Positions 28,287-38,169 of a DNA stretch of 64,000 nucleotides are shown here, piece by piece. A program made the position numbers and the translations under genes. The notes below the pieces were generated by a model. It did no database searches. It saw only the letters and a list, made by a program, of their open reading frames with translations, and was not told the DNA's origin. Within the stretch, counting starts at the first letter, position 1; every line of letters begins with the position of its first letter. Source of the DNA: Parcubacteria group bacterium (GTDB lineage Bacteria > Patescibacteriota > Minisyncoccia > Phycocordibacterales > Phycocordibacteraceae); the NCBI GenBank assembly GCA_028286615.1, contig JAQBRG010000003.1, forward strand, positions 13,125 through 77,124, read 5' to 3'.

Positions 28287-28314
28287 GTGAGAATAAACTT
28301 AAGTACTAAAATAA

Positions 28315-28431
28315 TTAGCCCTGACGTGCTTTACGACGAGGGTTGCGCTTGTTGATACGGTACAAACGACCGCGACGGCGGACGAGAATATCTCCAGGCT
28401 GCTGGACTTTAATTGAGGCGCGGACTTTCAT
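28315..28431 (-). CDS. rpmJ: 50S ribosomal protein L36. It is not in the ORF track, which lists only ORFs of at least 60 aa.
   Basis: My manual translation gives [38 protein letters not shown], which lacks the canonical Cys ribbon. It lies between infA and rpsM, as is conserved. Confidence 0.8.
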   Translation of the reverse strand: MKVRASIKVQQPGDILVRRRGRLYRINKRNPRRKARQG

Positions 28432-28449
28432 CGGGTTTATGATTTGGTG

Positions 28450-28668
28450 CTACGACAATCTACGAACGATACGTGCCCGGCCGCCATACGGATCGAGGAC
28501 CAACTCAACGTTGTCCCCAACCAGTACGCGTATACGGTGCAAACGCATCTTTCCAGCAAGGTAGGCGAGTAGAAGTTCCCCTGAAGGCATCCTTACTCGA
28601 AACAACGAGTTAGGAAGCACCTCTTCAACGGTGCCGGTGGTCGGCTCCTCAGCTCTCGTTTCCTCCAT
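28450..28668 (-). CDS. infA: translation initiation factor IF-1 (start at the internal Met MEETRAEE...)
   Basis: An S1-like OB fold is present (GTVEEVLPNSLFRVRMPSGELLLAYLAGKMR...). The position upstream of rpmJ is conserved. Confidence 0.85.
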   Translation of the reverse strand: MEETRAEEPTTGTVEEVLPNSLFRVRMPSGELLLAYLAGKMRLHRIRVLVGDNVELVLDPYGGRARIVRRLS

Positions 28669-28715
28669 GTGTAGCTTGGGTATAGTAGCAGGATTAAAAT
28701 ACAGCGTCAACCGTA

Positions 28716-29987
28716 TTACTGAGCATTTCCGGCCTCTTCTACCTCAACGGTGATTTTCTCCGGATTAGCGGGGAAAGAACCCTTCCAGAAAGGACGAAGA
28801 ACGAGCCTTGCGCGGTCCACTTCTGGGAAGCCTGTGAGAGCTACTTCAGCTGAATTACGGGTCTTTCCAGCCACTGCTGCAGCTATCTTAGTACCCTCTA
28901 CTTTCCATACAACGGTTGTGTTTCCTGACAGGGAGAAGGCAAATTCAGGCTGTCCAGCAGGTGAGGTGTTCACCGTAGGAGTGAGCTTGAGCTGGTCTAC
29001 CCTTGCCAGCACTACAGGCTGTCCTGAGTAGCTTCCAACGGTCTTGTAGGCTACCGACTTCGCAAGTGCTTCAGCTGGGAAGACTACGGCTGTTATGGAA
29101 CCCTTTACACGCACCTCAACTGTTCCGGTAGCACCAGCTATATCTGGCTGGGGCTCGTAGGTAGCGAATGTTGAGCCAGGTACGAGTACGTATCCGGCTG
29201 GAACTTTTTCTTTAACTGCGGTTTCAAGGTCTCCAACGAGAGTACCTTGGAGTGTTTGGGACTCCCGGTCCTTTGTTGCTTGGCTAACTGAAGGACGCGG
29301 ACCGGAGAAGCCACCCTGCATAGGATCTGCTGAACGCCCTGTTACCTGCGTAAAGGCAGCTGAGCCTGTAAGACCAGGAACCGTGAAGGTTGTAGGTCCT
29401 ACATTGTATTTGTCTCCAGCTTCGTCTGCGTAGACCGTAACGGAAAGACTTCCTGGAGTGCCGTTTTTAGCTGCTGGAACGGTTATAGAGTCACGAATAC
29501 GGAAGATTAAGCCGTCTGGAGTCTGGAAACGAGTGTTCTTTATAAGCTGCTGAGCTGCTGCCTGCTGGTTCGTAATAGTAATAGTTCCCTGTGCTGGCTG
29601 GTTAACAGTTTCGGTTGATTCAGCCTGAACTGAATTGCTTGCTACTTTGTCTACGGAAATAACTTCAAATGGAAGATCTCCCGCTGAAGCAGTTGCTATG
29701 AAGTCAGAAGTTATAGACACCTGGTTCATGGCAGGCGTTATAGAAACCTTGGCGCCTGAGAATGCGTATAGTGCCGCAGCTGATCCAATAACAACAACCA
29801 GAGCGATAATCGCGGTACCCAGTGGAAACTTCCTGCCTGAAGAAGGAGGACGTATTGGTGGAGGAACTGGTCGAGGAGGTTCGTTGCTGTAAACAGGCTG
29901 AGGCATGTCTACGGGCTGACCCATTTCACCCGTCATGGGGCGGCGACGTGATGGAGGTACGATGTCGTTCAAGCTTTTGTGCTGCAT
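28716..29987 (-). CDS. membrane-anchored protein: Pro-rich cytoplasmic N-terminus, single TM, large extracytoplasmic beta-rich domain; unknown function
   Basis: PPRPVPPPIRPP precedes a TM helix (AIIALVVVIGSAAALYAF). The remainder is Ser/Thr/Val-rich. Confidence 0.5.
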   Translation of the reverse strand: MQHKSLNDIVPPSRRRPMTGEMGQPVDMPQPVYSNEPPRPVPPPIRPPSSGRKFPLGTAIIALVVVIGSAAALYAFSGAKVSITPAMNQVSITSDFIATASAGDLPFEVISVDKVASNSVQAESTETVNQPAQGTITITNQQAAAQQLIKNTRFQTPDGLIFRIRDSITVPAAKNGTPGSLSVTVYADEAGDKYNVGPTTFTVPGLTGSAAFTQVTGRSADPMQGGFSGPRPSVSQATKDRESQTLQGTLVGDLETAVKEKVPAGYVLVPGSTFATYEPQPDIAGATGTVEVRVKGSITAVVFPAEALAKSVAYKTVGSYSGQPVVLARVDQLKLTPTVNTSPAGQPEFAFSLSGNTTVVWKVEGTKIAAAVAGKTRNSAEVALTGFPEVDRARLVLRPFWKGSFPANPEKITVEVEEAGNAQ

Positions 29988-30169
29988 ATGTAATTAAAAG
30001 TGTTCTAGAGGCGTTCCCCTAATGCTATAGAACTAGTATACCGAGCACGCTAAGCAGTGCAAAGCATGTCGAGCAAGTTGTGGGTATAAGTTATTGAGCT
30101 TCGGCTTGCTTACGAAAATGCAGAAATATGGGGCGCCGCTAGTTTCAAACGAAAGAATCGCATTACAAA

Positions 30170-30778
30170 TCAGCCTAGTAATTCTTCCAACGTACCATCA
30201 TCATTAACTTTTAAATGAACAACGATCTCGCCAATACCATCTGGAGAATCCCGTAGAGCGCCGATTATAGTGTTACTAAGTATTCTGAAGCGTTTATTGA
30301 AACTTTCATATGCTTCTCGAGAAACAGCGTTCTGTGACTCTAAGAAGTTTACCAGCCTAAAAAGTGGAGCAATGTCTATGAGAGCTTGTGCTCGTGGCGA
30401 CGCGCGACGTTCGTCTTTCGTCATAAACCTTGTTATTGCCCGTAATGATTCAAGATCATATTTGCTTTGAAAGCCCACAAATAACGCTTCAAGCTCTGCA
30501 ATTTTTTCCGCACAAAATTCTGGGCTTTCTTGTTTTCCGGGTTCTGGATGCCAGGACATCGCTTCTTCTGGGCTTCGCGGACCTGAAGAAGGATTGTTCT
30601 CGGGTGTAGGAAATTTATCAATTGTAGACATGGACTTATTGTACTTTAGACATGCAGGTATGTCTGGGACGATGTTGGAATCGAGCTTAATTTGACGAGC
30701 ATATTTTAATAATGCAATATCATCCTGGGTACTTTTGCCCTGTCTAACAAGGAGGTTCTCCCATGGAGCCCTCAACAT
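30170..30778 (-). CDS. hypothetical protein
   Basis: ORF only; no motif recognised. Confidence 0.35.
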   Translation of the reverse strand: MLRAPWENLLVRQGKSTQDDIALLKYARQIKLDSNIVPDIPACLKYNKSMSTIDKFPTPENNPSSGPRSPEEAMSWHPEPGKQESPEFCAEKIAELEALFVGFQSKYDLESLRAITRFMTKDERRASPRAQALIDIAPLFRLVNFLESQNAVSREAYESFNKRFRILSNTIIGALRDSPDGIGEIVVHLKVNDDGTLEELLG

Positions 30779-31182
30779 CTGAGAACAAGCTGGTTGATAG
30801 CTGGAAGCTGAATTTGGTTATCGGGTTTTCTCCCCCTCACGGCCTCGCACTTCCCGAAGGGTTCGTATACAAGAACGCGATCAAGAGCGTCATCGCCGAA
30901 ACACCCTGGTTGGTCAAAGAAGGCGGATCCCGGCCGGCCGAAATGGTCGTCGACAGGAAGTCGATGCACTACTCGGCGATGAGTATCTACTACAACATCT
31001 CCATCCAGGCAGAGTTAAAATCTTCCCAACTTCGCGCCCTTCGTCTATATCTGGCCGGATTGGTGAAGAAACTCGCCGAGGTGGATATCGAGCATGTGCA
31101 GGACGTTTTCGGTTATCTCGAAATGACCAGCACTCTTATAACTGAACCGAGCGTCAAAGTGTCCGCAGGACAACCGGGCTAG
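30763..31182 (+). CDS. hypothetical protein (locally GC-rich), followed by an intrinsic terminator
   Basis: ORF plus a downstream hairpin 31210..31233 with a T-tract. Confidence 0.4.
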   Translation: MEPSTSENKLVDSWKLNLVIGFSPPHGLALPEGFVYKNAIKSVIAETPWLVKEGGSRPAEMVVDRKSMHYSAMSIYYNISIQAELKSSQLRALRLYLAGLVKKLAEVDIEHVQDVFGYLEMTSTLITEPSVKVSAGQPG

Positions 31183-31209
31183 CCTGCCTAAGCAGGCAGA
31201 TAACGCTCC

Positions 31210-31247
31210 CCGCCACGTCGAAAGATGTGGCGGGTTTTACGTTTTAA
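31210..31247 (+). terminator. rho-independent terminator
   Basis: ccgccacguc-gaaa-gauguggcgg, a 10-bp stem with one G-U pair, followed by ttttacgtttt. Confidence 0.6.
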
Positions 31248-31325
31248 CGCTGGCAGTTTGGGGCGACTCTGAAACCCTCACACAAGAAGCCGCCCGCTGG
31301 GTATTCCAGGGGCGGCTTGAGATGG

Positions 31326-31670
31326 CTACTTCTGCTTGATAAGCATCAGTGGACGACCATCGGGATCTTGAACATACTGGAAGCGCATATCCGAGCTCTC
31401 CATGATTTCAGTTTTAGGAGTAATCTCGTACGTCGAGATAATTTTCAACGCCTCTTCAATCGAGTCCACTTCTATCATTAAGACGTCTGCGTTGAATTTC
31501 GTTGAAGCTTGGTAGATTTCAACCACGGCAGTATCTGACATGGGACCAAGCTCGTGGTGTACGGGTCCTCCATGCTGGTGTTCGTGTTCACTCAGACCTA
31601 GGTCTGCATAAAAGCGGGCTGTGATTTTCCGGTCACGAGCCCGGAAAATCATTCCTCTGACTTGTGCCAT
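31326..31670 (-). CDS. VOC (glyoxalase/bleomycin-resistance) family protein, tentative
   Basis: Size, a His-rich metal-binding-like segment (HEHQHGGPVHHE) and a beta-alpha-beta pattern; weak. Confidence 0.4.
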   Translation of the reverse strand: MAQVRGMIFRARDRKITARFYADLGLSEHEHQHGGPVHHELGPMSDTAVVEIYQASTKFNADVLMIEVDSIEEALKIISTYEITPKTEIMESSDMRFQYVQDPDGRPLMLIKQK

Positions 31671-31755
31671 TTCTTGTCTCCCACAAAAGAACGTTCTTAG
31701 AGACTAATACGATTGGCAATTAAGTCAAAATATTGCAGGCAGTCTAGGGTCGAAC

Positions 31756-32904
31756 CTAACTCAATTCCCCTTTAGGACGTTTCGTATGAAATAGCGCCAA
31801 CATGCTGAGATACAAGTCTCCTTCCGCAGTTCCTCGCGTTTGAACAAATGGAGCAAAGTGTTGAGGAGCAACCGGAATAACGCCAAGAGGCTCGTCTGAA
31901 AGCCAGAGGGAGCGGAGAGTGCTGCTATCTAGTAGCTTCTTTAGGAAGTCGCGGGCAAAAGGATCCGCAATAATAAACACCGTTCGAGGAAGTGGTTGGC
32001 GGCTGGAGAATTCTCCAAGCACATCTCGCAACTCCTCAATCCACTTTGCTTTGCTCTTAGCTATGCGCGCTGCCAACTTCGTATTTCGTTCCCTATCAAT
32101 TAACCCGCTTCCAAGAGAACTGGCAGTTTTTTCTCCATCGAGCGAAGAAAGTAAGTCGGTTAAACCTGTTGGTATAGAGGAGACACCCATAAGGAGTCCA
32201 CGCTTTATAAACGCGGCATCTGTAGACATGCCTGAGATATCAAGGACTATGTAATCTTTCTGGTGCGCAAAGACGTCTCTAAACACGGCGTACGCAACAG
32301 GAGCAAACGCCGTTATTGATACCGAGTGTGTATGGAAAGAGTGCCTGAGAGTTCGTTCAACTTCGTATTGCGCCTCTGTCTCAAGTGTTGAGGAAAGGAT
32401 AACCAAATCAGCTCGCTTAACCTTCTTTCCAAAGGGACTGGTTGTCTCGTATCCGTTAAGTACTGTTGCAACAACATCGCGTCCGGAAAGCGTACGTCCT
32501 TCTGGCAAAGGTTTAGAAGGAGCAGAAGCGGTTGCCATAAACTCATGCGAGAACATGAATGGTTTGTCTCGCTGCATGCTCTTAACTTCTATCTCGCTTT
32601 CCTGCCACGGCGCGCCTATGGAAGCCTCAATACGATGTATGTGTGCGTCTCCAACCTCCCGACGTAACGTAGGAGCACCTTCTGCAACCAAGAGTGCGCA
32701 TACTTCATGCAGAGCACGGATCATGGCGGGAAGAGGAGCCTCGCCTTCGTGCGGCAATACCGCAACCCGCGTTGCGTAATAGATAACGGGAGACTTCCCC
32801 TCAACCATATGCGCAAAGGCTCCACCAACAGTGGTGGCTCCAATATCAAAAAGCGCTACGGACTCAGAATTTTTCTTAAAGCGCTTAAAGGAAAAGAATT
32901 CCAT
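31756..32904 (-). CDS. actin-like ATPase (FtsA/PilM family)
   Basis: Phosphate-1-like ALFDIGATTVGGAF and phosphate-2-like YIVLDISGMSTDAAF motifs are present. Confidence 0.45.
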   Translation of the reverse strand: MEFFSFKRFKKNSESVALFDIGATTVGGAFAHMVEGKSPVIYYATRVAVLPHEGEAPLPAMIRALHEVCALLVAEGAPTLRREVGDAHIHRIEASIGAPWQESEIEVKSMQRDKPFMFSHEFMATASAPSKPLPEGRTLSGRDVVATVLNGYETTSPFGKKVKRADLVILSSTLETEAQYEVERTLRHSFHTHSVSITAFAPVAYAVFRDVFAHQKDYIVLDISGMSTDAAFIKRGLLMGVSSIPTGLTDLLSSLDGEKTASSLGSGLIDRERNTKLAARIAKSKAKWIEELRDVLGEFSSRQPLPRTVFIIADPFARDFLKKLLDSSTLRSLWLSDEPLGVIPVAPQHFAPFVQTRGTAEGDLYLSMLALFHTKRPKGELS

Positions 32905-32942
32905 GTGTGAAAAGTATACCCTTCACTTGGGTATCTTCCCTC

Positions 32943-34853
32943 CTATTTTACTAACACTGCCTTTATGCGACGAATGCCCGCGGCAACCGCTTCCTCTTTT
33001 TGAATCTTAAACGTACCTCCTTCGCGTATTTCGCTTGTGTTCGATACGTGTGGACCTCCACAGAATTCTAGAGAGAATGCATTGGGAATATCCGGAGATG
33101 CTTCTGTTGCGTGTACTGGACCAACTGAATACACAGACACCATATCTGGGTACTTAACACCGAACTCCATTTCGGCACCAAGTTTCTCAGCTTCTTCGCG
33201 TGGCATAACGGTACGAGTAACAGGAAGGTCTTGTTCAAGAGTTTCGTTCACAATCTTTTCAACTTCTGCCTTCTGCTCGTCTGTCATCTTTCCTGGAGAA
33301 GAGAAGTCTATACGCAAACGCTCTGAGGTTATGTTGCTGCCCCGCTGCTTAACTTCTGGGCCCAATACCAGCTGGAGGGCCTTAAGAAGGATGTGGTGCG
33401 TTGTGTGATACCTCACAGTCTGTTCTGCATGATCTGCTAGACCTCCGGCAAAGCGCTGCGCACCTCCTGCTCGGGACGTTTCCTGATGCTGCTCCATGAG
33501 CTTCATAACGGCAGTAAGATCTATTTCAATCTCTCGCTCGTTCGCAAGTTCTTCTGTCATCTCTACAGGGAATCCGTAGGTAGTAAAGAGGGTGAACACG
33601 TCTTCAGCGCTAACTTCCCGTTTAGCTGCTAGCTTCTCAAATTCTCGAAGACCTTGCTCAAGTGTCTTTCGAAAACGATCTTCTTCTTTCGCTAGTTCCT
33701 CTCGAATCTTTGTTGCGTGTTCTTTTACATGAGGATAGTGATCTGCATAAGCTTCTGCATATCCCTCGGCAACCTCAGGAAGAATGGCTTCTTTGATACC
33801 AAGTCTATCTGCTTCTCGAATAGCTCGGCGAATAAGACGACGAAGTACATACCCTGCTTCAGTATTTGAAGGCACAACGTCTTCAGCAAGCATGAAAGAA
33901 GCTGCTCGCATGTGATCGAGGATTATACGGAATGAGCGTGTTGCATCGGTTTCGTCATACTTCTTCCCAGAACGCTTTTCAATAACTACCCGTGCTGCAT
34001 CGAACACATCCAGCATGAATATATCTGGACCAACGGTTGCCATTGCGATACGTTCAAGACCTCCTCCGAAATCGATATTCTTTTTTGGTAGTTCTTCAAA
34101 TGCGCCGCTCTCGTTTTTCATGAACTGCATGAACACCGAATTCCCTATTTCTACAAAGCGTCCGCAATCACAGTTAGGGTGGCAGTGCTGTCCCCATTTA
34201 GGGTCGTGTGCTGTTCCAAAGTCATAGAAGATCTCTGAATCTGGACCGCCAGGTTCTCCTATGGGCATTTTTGCAGGCACTCCTGCGCGACTCCACCAAT
34301 TCTTGTCGGTATATGCAAAAACTCGCTCTCCTTCTTTCATGCCTCGATCATACCCAGCCTGCTCTGTGCCTATTGAAGCAAACTTGGCTTCAATTCCTTT
34401 TTCACTAAATAGACGCTGCCATATTTCAGCTGCTTCGGTGTCTACAGCAATACCTGCTTCAGGATCCCCTGCATACACAGTTGTGTATAGCTTCGTTGGA
34501 TCAATTCCAAATCCTGTTTCTGGACTCGTTAAGAACTCGAATATCCATGGAAGCTGCTCTTGTTTGAAATAGTCTCCGAAAGACCAGTTTCCAAGCATCT
34601 CAAAAAAGGTAGTGTGGCGATTGTCTCCAACCTCCTCAATATCTCCTGCACGAAAACTTAATTGAGAATTAACAACACGCTTTCCTTCAGGATGATCCTT
34701 CCCGAGAAAGTACGGCAAAAGCGGCTGCATGCCAGAAGAGGTAAAGAGCGTGGTCGGATCGTTTCCGGGTACGATTGGTGCGGTAGGTATGACCACATGC
34801 CCCCGCTCGGCATAGTATTGAAGAAAACGTTTACGGACTTCAGAAACGGTCAT
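32943..34853 (-). CDS. alaS: alanyl-tRNA synthetase, short form (catalytic plus editing domains, no C-Ala domain)
   Basis: Class II AlaRS motifs are present (FTSSGMQPLLPYF, HTTFFEMLGNWSFGDYFK). Editing-domain HxxxH (TTHHILLKALQ) and CGGPHV are present. Length is 636 aa. Confidence 0.9.
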   Translation of the reverse strand: MTVSEVRKRFLQYYAERGHVVIPTAPIVPGNDPTTLFTSSGMQPLLPYFLGKDHPEGKRVVNSQLSFRAGDIEEVGDNRHTTFFEMLGNWSFGDYFKQEQLPWIFEFLTSPETGFGIDPTKLYTTVYAGDPEAGIAVDTEAAEIWQRLFSEKGIEAKFASIGTEQAGYDRGMKEGERVFAYTDKNWWSRAGVPAKMPIGEPGGPDSEIFYDFGTAHDPKWGQHCHPNCDCGRFVEIGNSVFMQFMKNESGAFEELPKKNIDFGGGLERIAMATVGPDIFMLDVFDAARVVIEKRSGKKYDETDATRSFRIILDHMRAASFMLAEDVVPSNTEAGYVLRRLIRRAIREADRLGIKEAILPEVAEGYAEAYADHYPHVKEHATKIREELAKEEDRFRKTLEQGLREFEKLAAKREVSAEDVFTLFTTYGFPVEMTEELANEREIEIDLTAVMKLMEQHQETSRAGGAQRFAGGLADHAEQTVRYHTTHHILLKALQLVLGPEVKQRGSNITSERLRIDFSSPGKMTDEQKAEVEKIVNETLEQDLPVTRTVMPREEAEKLGAEMEFGVKYPDMVSVYSVGPVHATEASPDIPNAFSLEFCGGPHVSNTSEIREGGTFKIQKEEAVAAGIRRIKAVLVK

Positions 34854-34878
34854 GATTCTATGAAGATACCACGCAGCG

Positions 34879-36186
34879 CTACTTGATAAAACTTCCGGCC
34901 GCAGCTAGCGAGAGCTTTGAAAGAGGAATAAGTGCTGCCGCTTCTTTAATTTCAGAAAGCGTTAGGGCTCGTATCAGAGCTGGGTACTCATCAATATATG
35001 AAAGTGGCTTTCCTTCTCGGCCAATTTTGTGGAGAACTGCTGCCATGCCTTTGCTTGTTGAAAGACTAACAAGATAGGAACCGCTAATCTCGCTCTTTTT
35101 AAACTCAAGTGCTTCTTCAGTAATACCGTTCTTGAAGAAGAAGTTAATTTCCTTTCGTGTAGCAGCTACAGCTTTTTCGTACGTTGCTGGAGAAAACGTT
35201 GCCCATATACGGAACATTCCTTCAGTATTCTTTTCAAATCCTGTTGGCATGCAATATATGCCGTACGTATATCCATCTCGTTCACGGATAGTACGCATGA
35301 GATGTCCGCTTGAAAGACCTCTGCCTCCAAGCATGCTGCACACTGCCATGAAGGGCAGGAATTCCTTGCTGTCATAGGTAAGAGGTACTGCGACACCAAG
35401 ATAGGTATCTATATTCGCTTTATCCTTAATAGAAACTAACGTCTCTGAAGCGGAAGAGATCTTTTTGTTAGGGCGCTGAACGTCTTCTGTAAAAGTTCCT
35501 TCTGGAAGAAGCTTGAGTGCTTTTTCAACTGCTTTCTTTGCGTCTGAAGGGTGGATGTCGCCGGCAAGAGACATTACAAGGCCACGTTTTCCTAATGTCT
35601 TACGAAAAGATACGAGCTCGGCTCGAGTAACTTTTTCAGTATGCTTAATACAGATGTTTGTGGTCTCTGCGTAATTAACGTGATCGGGCGCATACACAGC
35701 TCGCATAAGTGCACCTCCTGCCTGAGTGCGTGTATCGGTAAGACTTTCCTTTAGGTTTCCAAACGCACGTTCCTTAGCCGCCTTGACTTCTGAAGCTGGA
35801 AATTCTGCACCAGCCAAACACTCAGCAATAATAGTAAGGAGCATCGTAACGTCTTCAGGGAAACATGAACCATAAAATGAAGTCCGATCAGCTCCTGGGA
35901 CAAAGTCCAACGACGCTCCTCTAGCTGCAAGAGTTTCTCTGAAAAAGTCCTTCCCTTTAGTTTTTGTTCCAGCATCAAAAATCTCTGATGCAATTCCCGG
36001 AACTTCTTTAGCAGAACCTGAAAGGGATGCCCAGCCGCCAAGAACACTTCCTTCAATAGAAACCAGATTTTTCGCTCCTGTAGGTGCAACAAACACACGT
36101 TCGCCATGAGCAAATTCGAATTCGGTAATACTTGAAGCGATAGGATTCATATTATTCGGCAGTATTAACAAACCATCCAACAACAC
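34879..36186 (-). CDS. M16-family peptidase, non-catalytic partner subunit (no HxxEH)
   Basis: An M16 fold-like sequence paired with the adjacent active M16 gene; lacks the zinc motif. Confidence 0.7.
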   Translation of the reverse strand: MLLDGLLILPNNMNPIASSITEFEFAHGERVFVAPTGAKNLVSIEGSVLGGWASLSGSAKEVPGIASEIFDAGTKTKGKDFFRETLAARGASLDFVPGADRTSFYGSCFPEDVTMLLTIIAECLAGAEFPASEVKAAKERAFGNLKESLTDTRTQAGGALMRAVYAPDHVNYAETTNICIKHTEKVTRAELVSFRKTLGKRGLVMSLAGDIHPSDAKKAVEKALKLLPEGTFTEDVQRPNKKISSASETLVSIKDKANIDTYLGVAVPLTYDSKEFLPFMAVCSMLGGRGLSSGHLMRTIRERDGYTYGIYCMPTGFEKNTEGMFRIWATFSPATYEKAVAATRKEINFFFKNGITEEALEFKKSEISGSYLVSLSTSKGMAAVLHKIGREGKPLSYIDEYPALIRALTLSEIKEAAALIPLSKLSLAAAGSFIK

Positions 36187-37459
36187 TGTTTTGGTCTTTA
36201 AAATAAGTCTTTGCGACCCGCTTCACATCTGCAGCTGTTACAGATTCAATGGCATCCGGAAGAGTTACGAACCGAGTCCAGTCTCCTGCTGCAAGATCTT
36301 CGTTAAGAGAAGCTAGTAATGCGTATGGGCCGTCTCTGCGACTTGCAACAAATGCACGCGCTGCTTGTTTTGCGCGCTTGAGTTCCGTGGTGGTTATGCC
36401 CTTGTCTGCAATAAGATCGTACTCTTTCTTAAGAAGTTGCTCAGCCTTTTCGTGAGAGGTTTTAGGAGCAAGCGTTATAAATGTTTCAAACAAGCTTGGA
36501 TCTTGGAACTGATTGCACATCACAGCGACTTCAGTTGCTAGAGCAGGTTCAACAAAACTCTTATAGAGTCTGCTGGTCTTGTCCTCATACAAAACAACCG
36601 CAAGAATAATAAGTGCAGGAATATCTGTGTGAGTTGCCTCTGGAATTTTATGAGCAAAACCAACCATGTTTACACCAGACCGCTCCACACGCACACGTCG
36701 CTGCCCTTCTTGCTTTGGTTCCTCGGTATACATCTTTGGATACCCGCCTTCTTTCCTAGAATGCTTTCCAAATTCTCGAGCAATATGCGCGAGCACCTCG
36801 TCTTCTTTAAAACTGCCGACAATTGTTACTGTTGCGTTGTCTGGCCAGTAAAAATCGTTATAGAATTGGTTTAAGCGTTCAATAGACACCCCTTCAATAT
36901 CGCTGCGCCAGCCAATTGTTGAATGATGGTACGGGTGTGCAATAAATGCTGCAGCCCACATCTCTTTATCCAAAGCTTCCATGGGAAGGTTCTCTCCACG
37001 CTCATACTCATTACGAACTATTGGCATTTCACTCTGTTTATCCTCTTCTGTTATGCGAGCCTTGCGCATACGGTCTGCTTCAATCTCAATAGCAAGAGGG
37101 AGAACGTCTCTAGGTATAACCTCGTAATAGTTTGTACGATCTAACCAAGTTGAAGCGTTTAGCAACGCTCCCTGTGACTCCATTAAATGCTCCATGTGCT
37201 TATGATTTTCTCTATTGAAATTCTCAGATCCCTTGAACATGAGATGCTCTAGTAGGTGTGTTGCTCCTGTATAGCCGGTTGCTTCGTTCTTTGAACCAAC
37301 ATGGTACGTAACCATGCAGCCTGCAACGGGCACTGAATCGTCTTTAACTAGAAGAATGCGTAGGCCGTTCTTCTCAAGAGCAAACTCCTTAATACCGCCC
37401 ATTTCCTGCACAAAAGAGACGCCTGGAGTGGAAGACTTCTTTGAAACCGTACGAGCCAT
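36152..37459 (-). CDS. M16-family zinc metallopeptidase (pitrilysin-like), catalytic subunit
   Basis: Inverted zinc motif HLLEHLMFKGS (HxxEH) and a downstream E. Confidence 0.85.
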   Translation of the reverse strand: MARTVSKKSSTPGVSFVQEMGGIKEFALEKNGLRILLVKDDSVPVAGCMVTYHVGSKNEATGYTGATHLLEHLMFKGSENFNRENHKHMEHLMESQGALLNASTWLDRTNYYEVIPRDVLPLAIEIEADRMRKARITEEDKQSEMPIVRNEYERGENLPMEALDKEMWAAAFIAHPYHHSTIGWRSDIEGVSIERLNQFYNDFYWPDNATVTIVGSFKEDEVLAHIAREFGKHSRKEGGYPKMYTEEPKQEGQRRVRVERSGVNMVGFAHKIPEATHTDIPALIILAVVLYEDKTSRLYKSFVEPALATEVAVMCNQFQDPSLFETFITLAPKTSHEKAEQLLKKEYDLIADKGITTTELKRAKQAARAFVASRRDGPYALLASLNEDLAAGDWTRFVTLPDAIESVTAADVKRVAKTYFKDQNSVVGWFVNTAE

Positions 37460-37497
37460 ATGTATTGAAGATACCAGCGGTTGATTAAGTCAGCAAA

Positions 37498-38166
37498 CTA
37501 AAGCCAATCAATCGGTTTCTCGTTGTGCTTTTCAAGATACGCATTGGTCTTGCTAAATGGTTTGCTGCCAAAGAATCCGTTACTTGCTGAGAATGGGGAT
37601 GGGTGTGCAGACTCAAGAACCAGATGTCTGGTTCTATCTATGTGCGCACCTTTTTGCTTGGCGTAGTTGCCCCAGAGTATAAACACAAGGTGTTCACGTT
37701 CGTCTGAAAGCTCTTTGATAACAGCATCGGTAAACTGTTCCCAACCGTGCCCTTGGTGCGAGTTTGCTGAGCCTGCACGTACTGTAAGAGTGGAATTAAG
37801 CAGAAGCACTCCTTGCTCAGCCCAACGAGTTAAATCCCCACTTTCGCTATTTGGCTTCTGCCCTATATCGCTTTCAATTTCTTTAAAAATGTTTTGGAGG
37901 GAGGGGGGATTTCGTACTCCATCAATAACAGAGAACGACAGTCCGTGTGCCTGGTGCGGATTAAAGTACGGGTCTTGTCCAAGAATAACAACCTTAACTT
38001 TGTTAAACGGACACAATTCAAAGGCTCTAAAGATATTCTTAGGGCTTGGGTATACTACGCCGTTCTTGTACTCCTTCTTAACGAAGTTCGTTAGATCTTG
38101 GAAATAACTTCTCTCGAATTCTCCTTTCAGATGCTTCTTCCACGAATCTTCTATCTTCACATCCAT
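37498..38166 (-). CDS. ung: uracil-DNA glycosylase, family 1
   Basis: VVILGQDPY...HGLSFSV and the C-terminal HPSPLSA-like motif (HPSPFSAS) are present. Confidence 0.9.
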   Translation of the reverse strand: MDVKIEDSWKKHLKGEFERSYFQDLTNFVKKEYKNGVVYPSPKNIFRAFELCPFNKVKVVILGQDPYFNPHQAHGLSFSVIDGVRNPPSLQNIFKEIESDIGQKPNSESGDLTRWAEQGVLLLNSTLTVRAGSANSHQGHGWEQFTDAVIKELSDEREHLVFILWGNYAKQKGAHIDRTRHLVLESAHPSPFSASNGFFGSKPFSKTNAYLEKHNEKPIDWL

Positions 38167-38169
38167 AGG

